Shown here piece after piece: positions 26,237 through 39,300 of a stretch of 64,000 bases of DNA. Positions within the stretch are counted from its first letter, which is position 1. Each line of letters opens with the position of its first letter. Location of the stretch: assembly GCF_022539665.2 (NCBI RefSeq), contig NC_081333.1, positions 13,144,001-13,208,000 of the forward strand, written 5' to 3'. The notes below the pieces were generated by a model. That model ran no database searches. It saw only the letters and a program-made list of their open reading frames with translations, and was not told the origin of the DNA. This stretch comes from Daphnia carinata. Lineage: Eukaryota. Position numbers and translations under genes: made by a program.

Positions 26237-29200
26237 ATGGCGGACGTCGATCCCGAGACGCTGCTCGAATGGCTGACGATGGGGCTCGGGCAGGAAGAGC
26301 TGGCCGAACGGGACATGCAGCTCGTGGCCCTGGAACAGCTTTGCATGCTCCTCCTCATGTCCGACAATGTCGACCGATGTTTCGAGAGGTAACAGATGGA
26401 CATTTTAAATTTTTTTTTACTGATTTAACGATCTCATCCATTAACGACAGCTGTCCACCCCGGACGTTTCTGCCGGCCTTGTGCCGTATCCTACTGGACA
26501 AGACAGCGCCCGATTCGGTGCTGGAAGTGACGGCCCGTGCCATCACTTATTACCTGGATGTCTCGGCCGAGTGCACTCGACGCGTCGTCGCCGTTGATGG
26601 AGCTGTCAAGGCCCTATGCGGCCGGCTGGGCACCGCCGACCTCCAGCAACGCACCTCCCGCGATCTGGCTGAGCAATGCGTCAAGGTGATTATTCAGATC
26701 GACTATGAGAAAAATCGATGGTTCCAATAAGTCCCTTTTTAATGTTCTTTTCATGTCTTGTTCCATCCCGATACTTGAAGGTCATGGAATTGATTTGCAC
26801 TCGTGAAGCTGGAGCCGTTTTTGAAGCCGGAGGGTTGCAATGTGTTTTGTCTTTCATCCGAGATGCTGGAACTCTTGTTCACAAAGATACCCTTCATTCG
26901 GCCATGGTCGTCGTTTCGCGACTCTGCTCCAAAGTTGAGCCACACGATGCCGGACTGGCCGCTTGCGTCGATGCCCTGTCCACCTTGTTGCAACACGAAG
27001 ACGGGCACGTCTCCGACGGCGCCCTCCGTTGCTTCGCCTCTTTGGCCGACCGTTTCACTCGACGTGGCATCGATCCGGGCCCGTTGGCCGAGCACGGACT
27101 CGTTTCGGCTCTCCTTTTCCGCCTGTCAAACGCAGCTGGAACTCCATCCTCACAACAAACAACAACATCCCCTGCAGCCGGAGGATCGGCCACTGCATCC
27201 GCCACATCTTCGAATACAGTCGAAACGGCTGGAACGAATAAATCGGCCACGTGCAGTTCGTCCATATCGACAGTCATCAGTTTATTATCGACGTTGTGCC
27301 GCGGTTCGCCCGGCATCACGCACGATCTGCTCCGTTCGGAATTGCCGGACGCTATTGAACGGGCAGTGAACGGCGAAGAGCGTTGCATCCTCGACACGAT
27401 GAGGCTCGTGGATTTGCTTCTCGTTCTCCTCTTTGAAGGACGCAAGGCTCTGCCACGTAGTGGAGGAGGTGGACTGGCCAACCCCACCAACAGCTCCACA
27501 GCGCCCACTACACCCGGATCTACCATCCGAGGCGGAAGCAGCGGTACGACCGGTTCCATGTTGCGCCGATTGGACAGCGCTGGAGAACGGACACATCGGC
27601 AGCTGATCGATTGCATCCGCAGCAAAGACACGGACGCGTTAATCGACGCCATCGATTCCGGCGGAATCGAAGTCAATTTCATGGACGACGTGGGCCAGAC
27701 GCTGCTCAATTGGGCGTCCGCTTTCGGCACTCAAGAAATGGTGGAATTCCTTTGCGAACGTTGTGCCGACGTCAACAAGGGCCAGCGCTCCTCTTCCCTT
27801 CATTACGTAATTTAATTTTGATTGTATACATTTAAAAACCCTTACCGACTTATTCATTTATTAATTTAAAGGCGGCTTGTTTCGGCCGACCAGCTATCGC
27901 CAAAGTGCTCTTGCGTTACGGAGCCAATCCGGACTTGCGCGACGAAGACGGGAAAACGCCGCTGGATAAAGCCCGAGAGCGTAACGACGAAGGCCACCGT
28001 GAAGTGGCCGCCATTTTGCAATCTCCCGGCGAATGGATGATTACGCCTACGTCTTCAACTCCACCTAATCCGTCATCCATGGCCGATGCGTCCGGCCAAT
28101 TCACCGGACAGCAACGACGAGGAGACGCTTTGACTCCAGGATCCACTTGCGTCTCGGAAGATTCGTCCATTTTATCGGACGGAGCGACGACGGAGCCAAA
28201 GGGCGATCCGGACATGGCGCCCGTGTATCTTCGGCGTCTATTGCCCGTCTTTTGCCATACGTTTCAAAGCAGCATGATCGCCAGCGTGCGCAAGGCCAGC
28301 CTGACCATCATCAAGAAGATGGTTCATTACACGCAGCCGGCCCTGCTGCACTCGCTGTGCTCGCACGAGTCAAACGTCTTCATTTCGACGCTGGTCGAGG
28401 TGGTAGCCGCCGTTCTGGACAACGAAGAGGACGAAGATGGACATTTAGTCTGCATGCACATCATCCACGATCTGATGAACAAATCCCCAGAGACGTTCCT
28501 CGATCACTTTGCCCGTCTGGGAATCTTTAGCAAAGTCCAGATGTTGGCCAATAGTGGCGGTGTGGACGACGGCCAGGAAACGAACAGCGACAACGCCGCC
28601 GGACAAGAGCCGGAAGCGGAACGGCCTGAAGTAGAAGAAGGAGTAACTATAACGACCGGTGCGGAAGGCAAAGCTCAGGCCGAACTGGCTGACCCTGCGG
28701 TCCAGAAACCGCAAGTGGAAACGACCGCTCAAGTGGCGGTGGACGTGGTTAAGGAGTTGATGGCCGGCCGGCCTTACCACTGGAGGGACTGGTGCATCGC
28801 TCGCGGTCGCGATTGCCTCTACATCTGGAGCGACGCTGCGGCTTTGGAACTGTCCAACGGCTCTAACGGCTGGTTCCGCTTCATCTTGGACGGCAAATTG
28901 GCCACCATGTACTCGTCCGGAAGCCCCGAAGGCGGGTCGGACAGTTCGGAGAATCGCGGCGAGTTCCTGGACAAACTGCAACGCGTTCGCACTCAAATCA
29001 AACCTGGAACGATCAGTCAGGCCATTTTCCCGGCCGGTGGGAAGTGCTCGGACGGCCTACGTCTCACCGTGGGCAATTGGTCGTTATCCTCCAGCAAAGA
29101 CGGAGAGCTGGTCATTCAGAATTCAGACGGCCAACAACAGGCGACCATATTACGCGAAGATTTGCCCGGCTTCTTGTTTGAATCCAACCGCGGCACTAAG

Positions 29201-32200
29201 CACACTTTTACGGCCGAAACGGCCCTCGGTCCCGAATTAGCCGCCGGATGGGCGCCCGTTCATTACCTGGGCACGGGCGGCAGACGCAGCGCCTCCGGTT
29301 CAGGTGCCGGACGAACGGGGCTGGTCAGCGGCGGGCGGTTCCGTTCGTCGCAAGTGGAGGCCACCAAGCAAAAAGTGCGGGCCCAAGCTCACGAGATTTA
29401 TCAGCGCTATTTCCAAGCGGCTCAAGCCCAGCCGAGGGGAGTCGTGGCCCGTCTGGCCGCCATCGTCGTGCACATTGAACGCGGATGCGCGGCCCAGGAG
29501 AACAACCGCGAACAGCAGCACGGATCGCAAGGAAGCGGAGCCGGAGCTTGGCGTGATCTACTCCGTTCGGCCCTCAACGATTTCCGTTCGCTTTTGGAAG
29601 GAGAGGACACGAGCCTCTCGGCCTTTGAATTGCAGTCCAGCGGCCTCGTTCAGGCTCTTCATCGGCTCCTTTCGCCCGCTGGACTGGATGATTATCTGCA
29701 GGGCACTCGACGTGGAAATCGATTGCTGCGCCAACGTGTGGCCATTTTCCGCGAATGTTTCCAGTCAGCTGATTATTTGTATCAAAATGGACCGAAAGGG
29801 CCGGCTACTTGTCTCGTTCGCAAGTTAGTGTCCGTTATGGAATCGATCGAGAAATTGCCCGTCTATTTGTACGACGCAGCTGGAGGATCGACCAACGGCC
29901 TGCAGACGCTGACCAGACGTCTGCGTTTCCGTCTGGAACGAAGCCCCGGCGAAACGGGATTGACGGACCGGACGGGACGGGCTTTAAAGACGGAGCCTCT
30001 CACTACCGTCTGTCAATTAGAGAAATACCTGCTCAAGATGGTGGCCAAGCAGTGGTACGATTACGAACGTTCTTCGTTGGCGTTTGTGCGTAAAATTCAA
30101 GCGGCCACATCGACAACATCAGCCGGACCGGCCGCCTCTCCGTTGATTTTTCGGCACACGCGCGATTTCGACGAAGGCGGCGTCATCTATTGGCTGGGCA
30201 CCAACGGCAAAACCGTCCCTGATTGGGTCAATCCAGCTCAGGTAATTTAACGACATCTGTTGGGAGTTTTGAGCATTAATTTCATTTGATTTTTGGATAC
30301 AGGTGGGCCTCGTCGTCGTGACGTGTTCGGAAGGACGGAATTTGCCTTACGGCCATTTGGAAGACATTTTATCGCGGGACAGCGCGGCCCTCAATTGCCA
30401 CACGAACGATGACAAACGGTCGTGGTTTGCGCTGGATCTCGGCCTTCACCTACTACCCACGGCCTACACGTTGCGGCACGCCCGCGGCTATGGCAAATCG
30501 GCCTTGCGTCACTGGCTGTTCCAGGTGTCGAAAGACGGACTGTCGTGGACGACGCTGTTCACTCACGTCGACGATTGCTCGCTGAACGAGCCCGGCTCAA
30601 CTGCCACGTGGCCGCTAGAGCCACCTGGTGGCGAAACGCAGGGATGGAGGCACATCCGCATTCAGCAGATGGGCAAAAACGCGTCGGGACAGACGCACTA
30701 TCTCAGCATCAGTGGCCTGGAATTGTACGGAACGGTGACGGGCGTATGTCAAGATTTGGGACGGGCGGCCCGCGAGGCCGAGGCCAATTTGAGGAGGCAA
30801 CGGCGCATGGTACGTCATCAGATGCTGCGCCATCTAGTGCCGGGCGCTCGAGTCGTCCGCGGACTCGACTGGAAATGGCGCGATCAAGACGGATCGACCA
30901 CGACGGCAGCCACGGCCGCAGGTTTGGCCCAGCAAGCGGAAGGAACAGTGACGGGCGAGTTGCACAACGGCTGGATTGACGTCACGTGGGATCACGGCGG
31001 ATCCAATTCGTATCGCATGGGCGCCGAAGGCAAATACGATTTGAGATTGGCTCCTTCCTACGATCCGGAAGCGGCCCAACAACAGACACCGGCCACGTCC
31101 AGCAAAACTCCTTCATCTTCTTCCTCCACCCTCAAGACGATGAATTTAGACAAACCGTCGTCGGCTTCTGTCAAGTCTTCGACGCCTATTTCCACCGGAG
31201 CCGGAAGCGTTTTGGCCGGCAGTCGCAAGTCCAGCTCGACGCCTAGTTTGCCCGAAGCGACGGGAGCCGTCAAATCCTCTGTAGCGTCCACCGAACAGGC
31301 CACGTCGGTCGATAATCTGTTGACTTCCGCAGCGGCCGCATCCGCAGTGGCCGATAGCGTCTTGAGTTTGGCCAGCGCCGAGGCCGGATTGGTCTCTTTC
31401 GAACGCGTGCGAGGCGACAGCACTGGAACGCAAAGCACCGACGACGATGAAGCCACTTCGACGGCCGTCGCTGCGCTCGTAGGAGCCCTCAGTCTGATGG
31501 ACCCTGCCGGATCATCGACGGAAGTCGGGACGGGCGAGTCTCAAGTATCAGACAGCCACCGGAACGCTAAGAATACCTATTTGGCCGGCCAATCGACTGG
31601 AACACAATTAGCGGATCATCATTTATTGGCTTCGGCCAATTCGGCTAGTGGCGTCGGTTCGCCGGCCGCAGCGGCCGCCGCAGCAGCTGCTGCTGCCCTC
31701 GATGGGATGGTCGTTGACGATTCGCTGATGACGGACGTGACAGAAGAAATGCTGGAAATCAACGCGTTCGATCTGCTTCGCAGTCTGGAACGTCAGGCCA
31801 GTCAACTCCAAGCCGAAGCTGAAACGATGGCGGCCGCTACGTCCGCCCTATCTCGCGTCGAAGTAGCCGGACAGCAACAGCAACAGCAAGGCGAAGATGA
31901 ACAAGACGATGTCTCATCACCTCCTTCTCCTCCTCAATCGGTCAAAGTGACTTCCGGTCCAGCATCAGGCGTTCGCACTTCAGGTTCGATGAGCGTCAGC
32001 GTCCCCAATTTAACGACGTCATCAGAACCTGAACGTGAAGTGGGTGGAGGACCCACTCCGGCCGCTTTCCTCGAAAGCTTTGCCAATGTAGCCCGAAGGT
32101 AAAAATAGCTTTTAAACATTCAAAAAAGAATTTGTTTTAATTTAATTAATAACCATTTTTGATTGACAGACGCCACCAAGCGGGAAATGCAAACAGTGGA

Positions 32201-35200
32201 AGTGGAGCTACAGGAGGAAGCGCGTCGGGTTCGCCCGTCGAATCGTCAAACGCCAATCGATCCGGCGGATCGCACGGCAGCGGAGCTGGACCCATGGCCG
32301 CTGGTGCGAGTGGAACCAATGCCGTTAATGTCTCGTCTTCTTCTTCTTCCCCTTCGTCCAACGCGGCATCGTCGCTGCTCTTCCCGCGTGGACCCAATTC
32401 CGTTTCCAGCCTCGTCCGGCTGGCCCTTTCGTCCAATTTCCCGGGCGGACTGCTCAGCACGGCCCAGAGTTACCCGAGTTTGAGCAACACGTTGAGCAGC
32501 CTGTCCTCGGTGGCATCTCACGCTGTTTCCATGGCCGGCGCTTCGTCCACCAATTTACACCACGGACACGCTGGAGCCGGCCAGGGGCATCAACAGACGG
32601 GCGGAAGTCACGGACTGAGCCAAGCTCTGTCGATGAGCCTGACCGGATCGAGCGACTCTGAGCAAGTGAGTTTGGAAGACTTTTTGGAAAGTTGCCGAGC
32701 TGGAACGTTGCTGGCCGAACTGGAAGACGACGACGAATTGCCGGAACCCGACGAGGACGACAACGAAGACGATGACGAGAACGAGGACGATGAAGACTTT
32801 GAAGAAGTGACGGAAGAAGACGGCGGGGGTGGTGGAGTGGGTAGTCTCGTCGGAGGCTCGGGAGATGGCGCCACACGACACGTGACGGGCAACACCAAAC
32901 GGCGCAGTTGGGATGACGAGTTCGTCCTGAAACGGCAATTTTCCGCTTTGATTCCGGCCTTCGATCCGCGACCGGGCCGCACCAATGTCCACCAAACGTC
33001 TGATTTAGAAATTCCTCCGCCAGGTGCCGCCACTGAAGGAGCTCAAGGAGCCGAGGCCATTTTTTCTTCTTCCTCCTCTTCTTCCTCCTCGATCATGGCC
33101 CTGGTCAGCAGCAACAACAGCCGCTTCAATCCGATGTGGAAGCCGATGCTGACTTGGTGCCTCAACCTGTTACATCTCATCTTGCGCGGGCCGGGCTTGC
33201 CCAACATCCCAGATGTTGAAATCGAGTTGACGGACGGCGATTGGACCGTCTTCAAGGCCGTGCAAAAATTGATCCAGTCATCGGCGCTGGGCACCCGACA
33301 AGAGAAGTTGAGGCGCATCTGGGAACCGACCTACACTGTCGTCTACAAAGAACTGAAGGACGAAGCCGGAGCGGTCGTTATTGGCCCATCGGCCGGACTG
33401 AGCGACGCCAACAGCATGGGCCAACAGCGTCGGCTGATGGACGACGAGCTCTTCTTGCCCGACTTCGACGTCAACACGCAAACGAGCAACACGGTGGGAT
33501 CGTGCAGCGTCGGAGACGTCCTCCTCCTCCTCCGGCAGCTGTACATCCTGAGCAGCCGGCCTCCGGGTCCAGGCGAGCAGCTGGAAGTGGAACAACAGCA
33601 ACATCAGTCTCATCACAGCGCTACCATTTTCATCCCGCTCGAAGAGTTCAGCAGCAAGAAAGTGACGAACAAGTTGACACAACAACTCTCTGATCCTCTT
33701 GTCGTCTCTTCCGGCGCTCTGCCGGCCTGGTGCGAGCAGCTTTTGACTGTTTGCCCCATTCTGGTTCCGTTCGAGACGCGTCAAATGTACTTTCACGCTA
33801 CGGCCTTTGGAACTTCCCGGTAATTTCATTTTTAATTAATTTAGATTTTCAATTAAAATTATCTTCGTGTCCAGATCGATCGTGTGGTTGCAGACTCAAC
33901 GCGACTCTGCCGTCGAGAGGCAGCGAAACACGGGCGCCGTTCCGCGACGTGACGATCCACACGAATTCCGCGTCGGTCGACTCAAACACGAACGCGTCCG
34001 GGTTCCTCGTGGCGAGCGACTGCTCGACTGGGCGCAGCAGGTCATGAAGGTCCACGCCGATCGCAAGGCCATCCTCGAAGTGGAATTCCAAGACGAGGAA
34101 GGCACCGGACTCGGTCCGTCTCTGGAGTTTTACGCCCTGGTGGCGGCCGAGAGCCAACGGCGCGACCTGGCTCTGTGGATCTGTGACGATGAAGACGACG
34201 ACGTGACGTCGGCCGAAACGGCCGCATCCGTGGCCGATTCGGGTGTCAAACCGCCCGGTTATTACGTGGTTAGGCCGTCTGGCCTGTTTCCGGCTCCCCT
34301 GCCGCAAGACTCGCCCATCTGTGATCGCGCCGAGCAGCTCTATTGGTTTTTAGGAGTCTTCCTGGCCAAGGCACTTCAGGACGGCCGCCTTGTCGATTTA
34401 CCTCTTTCGACTCCCTTCCTCAAATTGCTGTGCCAGGGCGATGTCTCCTGCCCGGCTCAGCAGCCCGTCTTTGTCAACAGCGACAGCAAGCGCGCCAAAA
34501 CTTACCGGGCTGGATCTCACCCTCCGCCGCAACAGCCTCCACCTCCACCTACACCAGTCCCATCGTCTCAGCAGCAACAGCAACAACAGCAGGATGTGGA
34601 AGACCCGATGACGTCGTCCGTCTTCTCTCAGGATGGAGACGTTTTGGGCGGCAATGGCAAGACGCTGACCGGAAGTAACAGCCCACGTGATCCGTCCCTC
34701 CCCTGGTTCTCCGGTTTCCTCTCGCACGAAGACCTGGCCATCGTCGATCCGACTCGAGGCCGGTTCCTTCTCCAGTTGCGAGCCTTGGCCACGCGGCGTC
34801 GTCAGATTTTAACGGACCCGACGCTCAGCCACGAGGATCGATGCCGTCAGGCGGACAATTTGGCTCTGGCCCAGCCCAATCTGTTGAACAGCAATTCGAC
34901 GACGACCGTGTCGAGCGTGTCCGGCCAAACTCACAGCAACATGTCGCAGAAACCGGCCACCATTGTCCCACCGCAATCGCAAAAGATTCAAAGCGCGGCC
35001 CAAGGGCAAGGCGGGGAGTCCGTCTCGAAGATTTGGGATTGACTTTCCAATTCGCCCCGTCGTCCAAAGTCTTTGGCTTTACCGATGTCGAACTGCGTTC
35101 CGGCGGTGCTGATTTCGAGGTACCTAATCGTTTTTTTTTTTTTTTTTGATTTATTAATTGATTTATTTTAATGATGTGTTAATGGAATGGCAACGGGTGA

Positions 35201-35738
35201 CGCTGGACAATGTAAAGCCCATGTGGAACTGATGGCGGAATTTTGCCTGGAACGTGGCATCCGTCGCCAAATGGAAGCCTTGCGCCAAGGCTTTGACCGT
35301 GTCTTCCCCATGTCGCGTCTGGCCGGTTTCAGCCCGTCCGAGTTGCGATTGCTCCTGTGCGGCGATCAGAGCCCGAGTTGGACGCGCGAAGACATCCTCA
35401 ATTATACGGAGCCGAAATTGGGCTACACTCGCGACAGCCCCGGATTCCAGCGCTTCGTCAACGTGTTGACGGGCATGAACGCGGAAGAGCGCAAGGCGTT
35501 CCTCCAGTTCACGACGGGCTGCTCGTCGCTGCCACCCGGCGGATTGGCCAACCTCTACCCTCGTCTGACGGTCGTGCGAAAAGTGGACGGCGTCAGCGGC
35601 AGCGGATGTGTCAACGGCAGCTATCCCTCTGTTAACACGTGTGTCCATTACCTCAAGTTGCCCGAATACGACTCGGAGGAAATTTTGCGTGAACGGCTCC
35701 TGGCAGCCACTCGAGAAAAAGGTTTCCACCTCAACTGA
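26237..35738 (+). CDS. HECTD1: HECT E3 ubiquitin ligase HECTD1/Ufd4 (ARM, ankyrin, SUN-like, MIB/HERC2, HECT); exons ~26237-26388, 26451-26685, 26781-27806, 27872-30241, 30303-32098, 32170-33819, 33875-35119, 35197-35738; apparent frameshifts
   Basis: Begins [13 protein letters not shown] and contains [60 protein letters not shown] and [13 protein letters not shown]. Ends with catalytic [16 protein letters not shown]...GFHLN. Confidence 0.95.
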
Positions 35739-36284
35739 AAAATTATGTTATTTTTGTTTACGGTGGGATTTGTTTTTGGTTTACCGTTGGAGTTTCGACG
35801 TTTATTAATACTTGTAATCGTTTTTTCTATCCCCCCCCAATCTGATGTGAAAAAAAAAAACACCAAAGTTTCGAGCGAGAGAAAAAGAAATAAAACTCAA
35901 ATACAGTTTCACCAATCCATTCGGAAAGATTCCACGAACTTTATCGTTTTGTTTTCTTTTCCTTTATTTTTATTTTCGTGTACAAGAATTAAATGCCGCT
36001 GCGTCCTTGTTATTGCTTCACATTTCTATTGTACAATAGGAGCAGATAGTGTACCACGAAGATTATTCCAGATAAGTTTCGAAAGAGATGGGCCACTCTT
36101 TTCGTCGTATTCCATTGTTAGATTTTAGAAGACAATAATTCTAGGAAATGAAGGATGTATCTTCAGCTGGAACATTGTGTTCGATGGCAAGTGACAGAAT
36201 TATTTCGTACAAAGAAAGCAAAAAAACGATTTAAATGTAGAAAAGATTCTGTAGCTGGAGACCATGGTAGGATTTTTAAACTGA

Positions 36285-36359
36285 GACATCTTTACCTGAC
36301 AGTATTCGAAACGCACGGTGCTTTGTTAAAAAGCCAATCTAATGCTGCCCGGTAAGATG
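36285..36359 (-). ncRNA. mir-8: microRNA precursor mir-8
   Basis: The reverse complement of 36338-36359 is CAUCUUACCGGGCAGCAUUAGA (miR-8-5p). The reverse complement of 36285-36307 is GAAUACUGUCAGGUAAAGAUGUC, which is canonical miR-8-3p UAAUACUG... apart from position 1. The arms are complementary around a ~30-nt loop. Confidence 0.93.
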
Positions 36360-39300
36360 GAAACCGATACTCGGGTTAGATGATTCGTTCAAAACGTTGC
36401 GTGCAAACAGAGCACCCATTTCAAACGAATGGAGCGGATCCTACCAATACGCTTTAAGCTAGTTGAAAAAGAATTTCAAAAACATACAGCAATAAAATAA
36501 ATAAAAAGTAAATCACTTTTCTATCTGTTAAGAAGGACGTAGCTGCTAATCTAAGCACCAGATCTGAGACACCCTGTCGGGCCAGACGATAAACGCACAC
36601 ACAAGCCAATGGGTTAAAAACAGTTCGCTTGCACATCATAAAAAAAGATCATAAATGGGACACAGTTCTCCTTTCTTTCTTCAAACACTGAACAACAACA
36701 AAAAATAGCGCAGCATTACCTCCTGGACAAACCGTATTGCGTTTGACACGAGTGCTCCCTCCAGTATTTGTTCAAGCAGATTAGGAAGAAAATCGTTGTC
36801 GAGTCGCAGATGGCAGCCAAGGGAATGACTTTTGATGGTTGGGCTGCTAAAGAAGAAGTTGCAAGTCTTCAGAAATGAACGGATGCCACCAATCGCGGAG
36901 GCCGAAAGAAACGATAAAATTAAAAAAAAAAAGAAAAGAGCTCGCGTCCGTGACCCTCACTCTTGCACCCCACCGCCCTTCGCAAGAAATTTGAATATAG
37001 ACTTATCAGTGGCTCCAGCAGCAGCGGCTCAATCGGCTCTGTCGAACTGTTGCTGGACTGTGCAGCAGAAAAAGAGGAGAGGCAGGGTTAAAGGGTCCAC
37101 CAAGGTCGCAGCGATAGCCCGAGTCGGATTTATCGGTAGAAACATCCAGCTTCAGATTACTGAGTGCAACGTCGACACTATTCATTAAAGCTTACATGAT
37201 CGAAATTCAAATCTTTTCCCTCCCCTCTCTTATTTTTTTAAATTTTTCTTACCATCCATGTTCTGTTTTTTTTCTTGGAGATGTTTTTAAAGCTTTAGGG
37301 AGAGAGCGACGTCGCTTGCAAAAGTCATAACCCATAGTGTAGGGGGAAGCGTGTGATTTTAACATGTTAAACGTGTTGTACTTCTTTGGTACCGCTGTCA
37401 GCCATCACGATGCCTGCATAGAAGAAGGGTTTTAAAATCAAAGATAATTTCATTCTTATTTAGCTACTATATTGCTACATAACAATTACCGTTTTACAAA
37501 AACTCGAGAGCTGCGGTCATACATTGAATAGCAAATAGTATTTTCTAAGTCTTCAATGAAGAGTCACGTGGAGCATAGAAATAACCGCAAAATGTATGCA
37601 TGCTCTATTTATAGAACGATGTGCCCTTTTTTCCATATAAAAACAACTATTCGAAACCTTATATTCATCGTGAATGTATGAATAATGCAAAAAAAAAATT
37701 AAAACATTAAGCTGAAACCTTAAGATGATAAAGCTACGCTCTGATTTTATTTTCACAAATTTTAGTGAGGAAATATCAATACCTGTGATGCCATGTCATA
37801 GATACGCAAATAGTTGCCGATGTTCGTTTGGAGTCGATGTTCCAGAACCTGATCAAATGCCGACATCCAAATATGCAATTTTGAAACAGGACCTGTTAAA
37901 AAGATACAACGTTGCGTTATTAATGCAATACTATAAATGTGAAGAGGTTAGGAACACCAGACATTTTAATAAATATTTAATATTTACAAGAGCGAGATGT
38001 TGGTTCATCTACACTGTCCTGGAACACAGAAATGGTTGCACCGAAAACTCTCGAGATAAAAAGCCTCCGTTCTAATGACCACAGACGAACTCATACGAAA
38101 ACGAAATGCCTTGCGTAGTGGCCATGTCTGGCATAATCGTTCCATGGAAATCTACTTCACTCACTTATTTTTTTTATTTTTTCTTTCTTCTTTCGCCCTT
38201 TTTCATCAATCCCTGTCTAAACATAAACAGACAATCAGCTCCCACTTGACGAGCCTAAAACCTTACGAACCATGATTTCATTTCCAGCTCAAGTTGAACA
38301 AGAGAGAGAACGACTTATCCGGTTGCCTTCGTTTCTCTCGTGAAACTTATCTAAGGAAAAATCTTCGTCAAAAATAAAAGATGAGCAAAGGCGAGGTCCA
38401 CGCAACTGACGATGTGAACAAGGAAAAAAAAAATGGCAGTTGAAAATTTTGACAGCGAGATGGTTCGATTTGCACAAAGTGCACACGGCTAACGCTAAAT
38501 ATATCTACCAAATCTACATAGCAACAGCAGGAATTTCGATTCGTTTGAAGCTTGGTCTCTCTCTTACCAATGGTAATTTCCTTTGGGTTCTAGTTTTTGA
38601 AAAAGCCGAATCAGACCCTAGTAGGGATAACTATATTCTCACTCTCGTTGTGGCGTGATGAAGCATGAATCGACCTAATGCATTCCATACCAGACAAGTT
38701 CAAGCCTCTCCCTCCCTTTTTTTTTCCCTTTTTTTTAAAAGAAAAGTCTTTCCATTATCAGACCGCCAGAGTCAACCATCGGGCGAATCAGGAAATACCG
38801 GTTCTCCGCTAGCCTGTGTATCTAAACGCAAAGAAGTGTCGCGCCACGAAAAGCAGCGCAGCGACAAACTTCGTCCTCCGTATCACTTCAGGTCATCGCC
38901 GCACTGTCCACCCCAAAATTTTAGCCTTAATTCAAATCAAAAAATAAAATTGGCGTACCGGTGGCTTGAATTTCAATCACGACCACTTCGGACGTGAATT
39001 AATGAAAGTCAAACAAACACGGGAAAGGAGGGGAGGGAATAGAAAAGAATGAAAAAACGAGTGGAAAATGTCTATGGTGACCTGATGAACCCTCGCGCAC
39101 AAGAGATGTCGGTTGCAGGGGAAGTAGTTTTAATCCTCCTCTCGCTTCTCAACGTCTTTCGAAATAAATATTCAAATCACGTGACAAGGTCAGATGGCCA
39201 TGTTTAGGCATCGGCGCGCTATCGCTTCTTTACATCCCCCTCGTCTTCTGACACTCGAAAACAGGAAGGAGAAAAAATAAAACGGAGAATAGAATTAAAA

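Noticed and set aside
26128..35808. Many long antisense and alternate-frame ORFs over HECTD1 (e.g. 26894-27730 minus, 278 aa)
   Set aside because: Expected shadows of GC-rich coding sequence; no independent motifs.
36540..37180. RNase P/MRP or 7SK identity for the structured region (tempting given MEPCE nearby)
   Set aside because: Properly spaced CR-I/CR-V motifs or paired GAUC motifs were not found.
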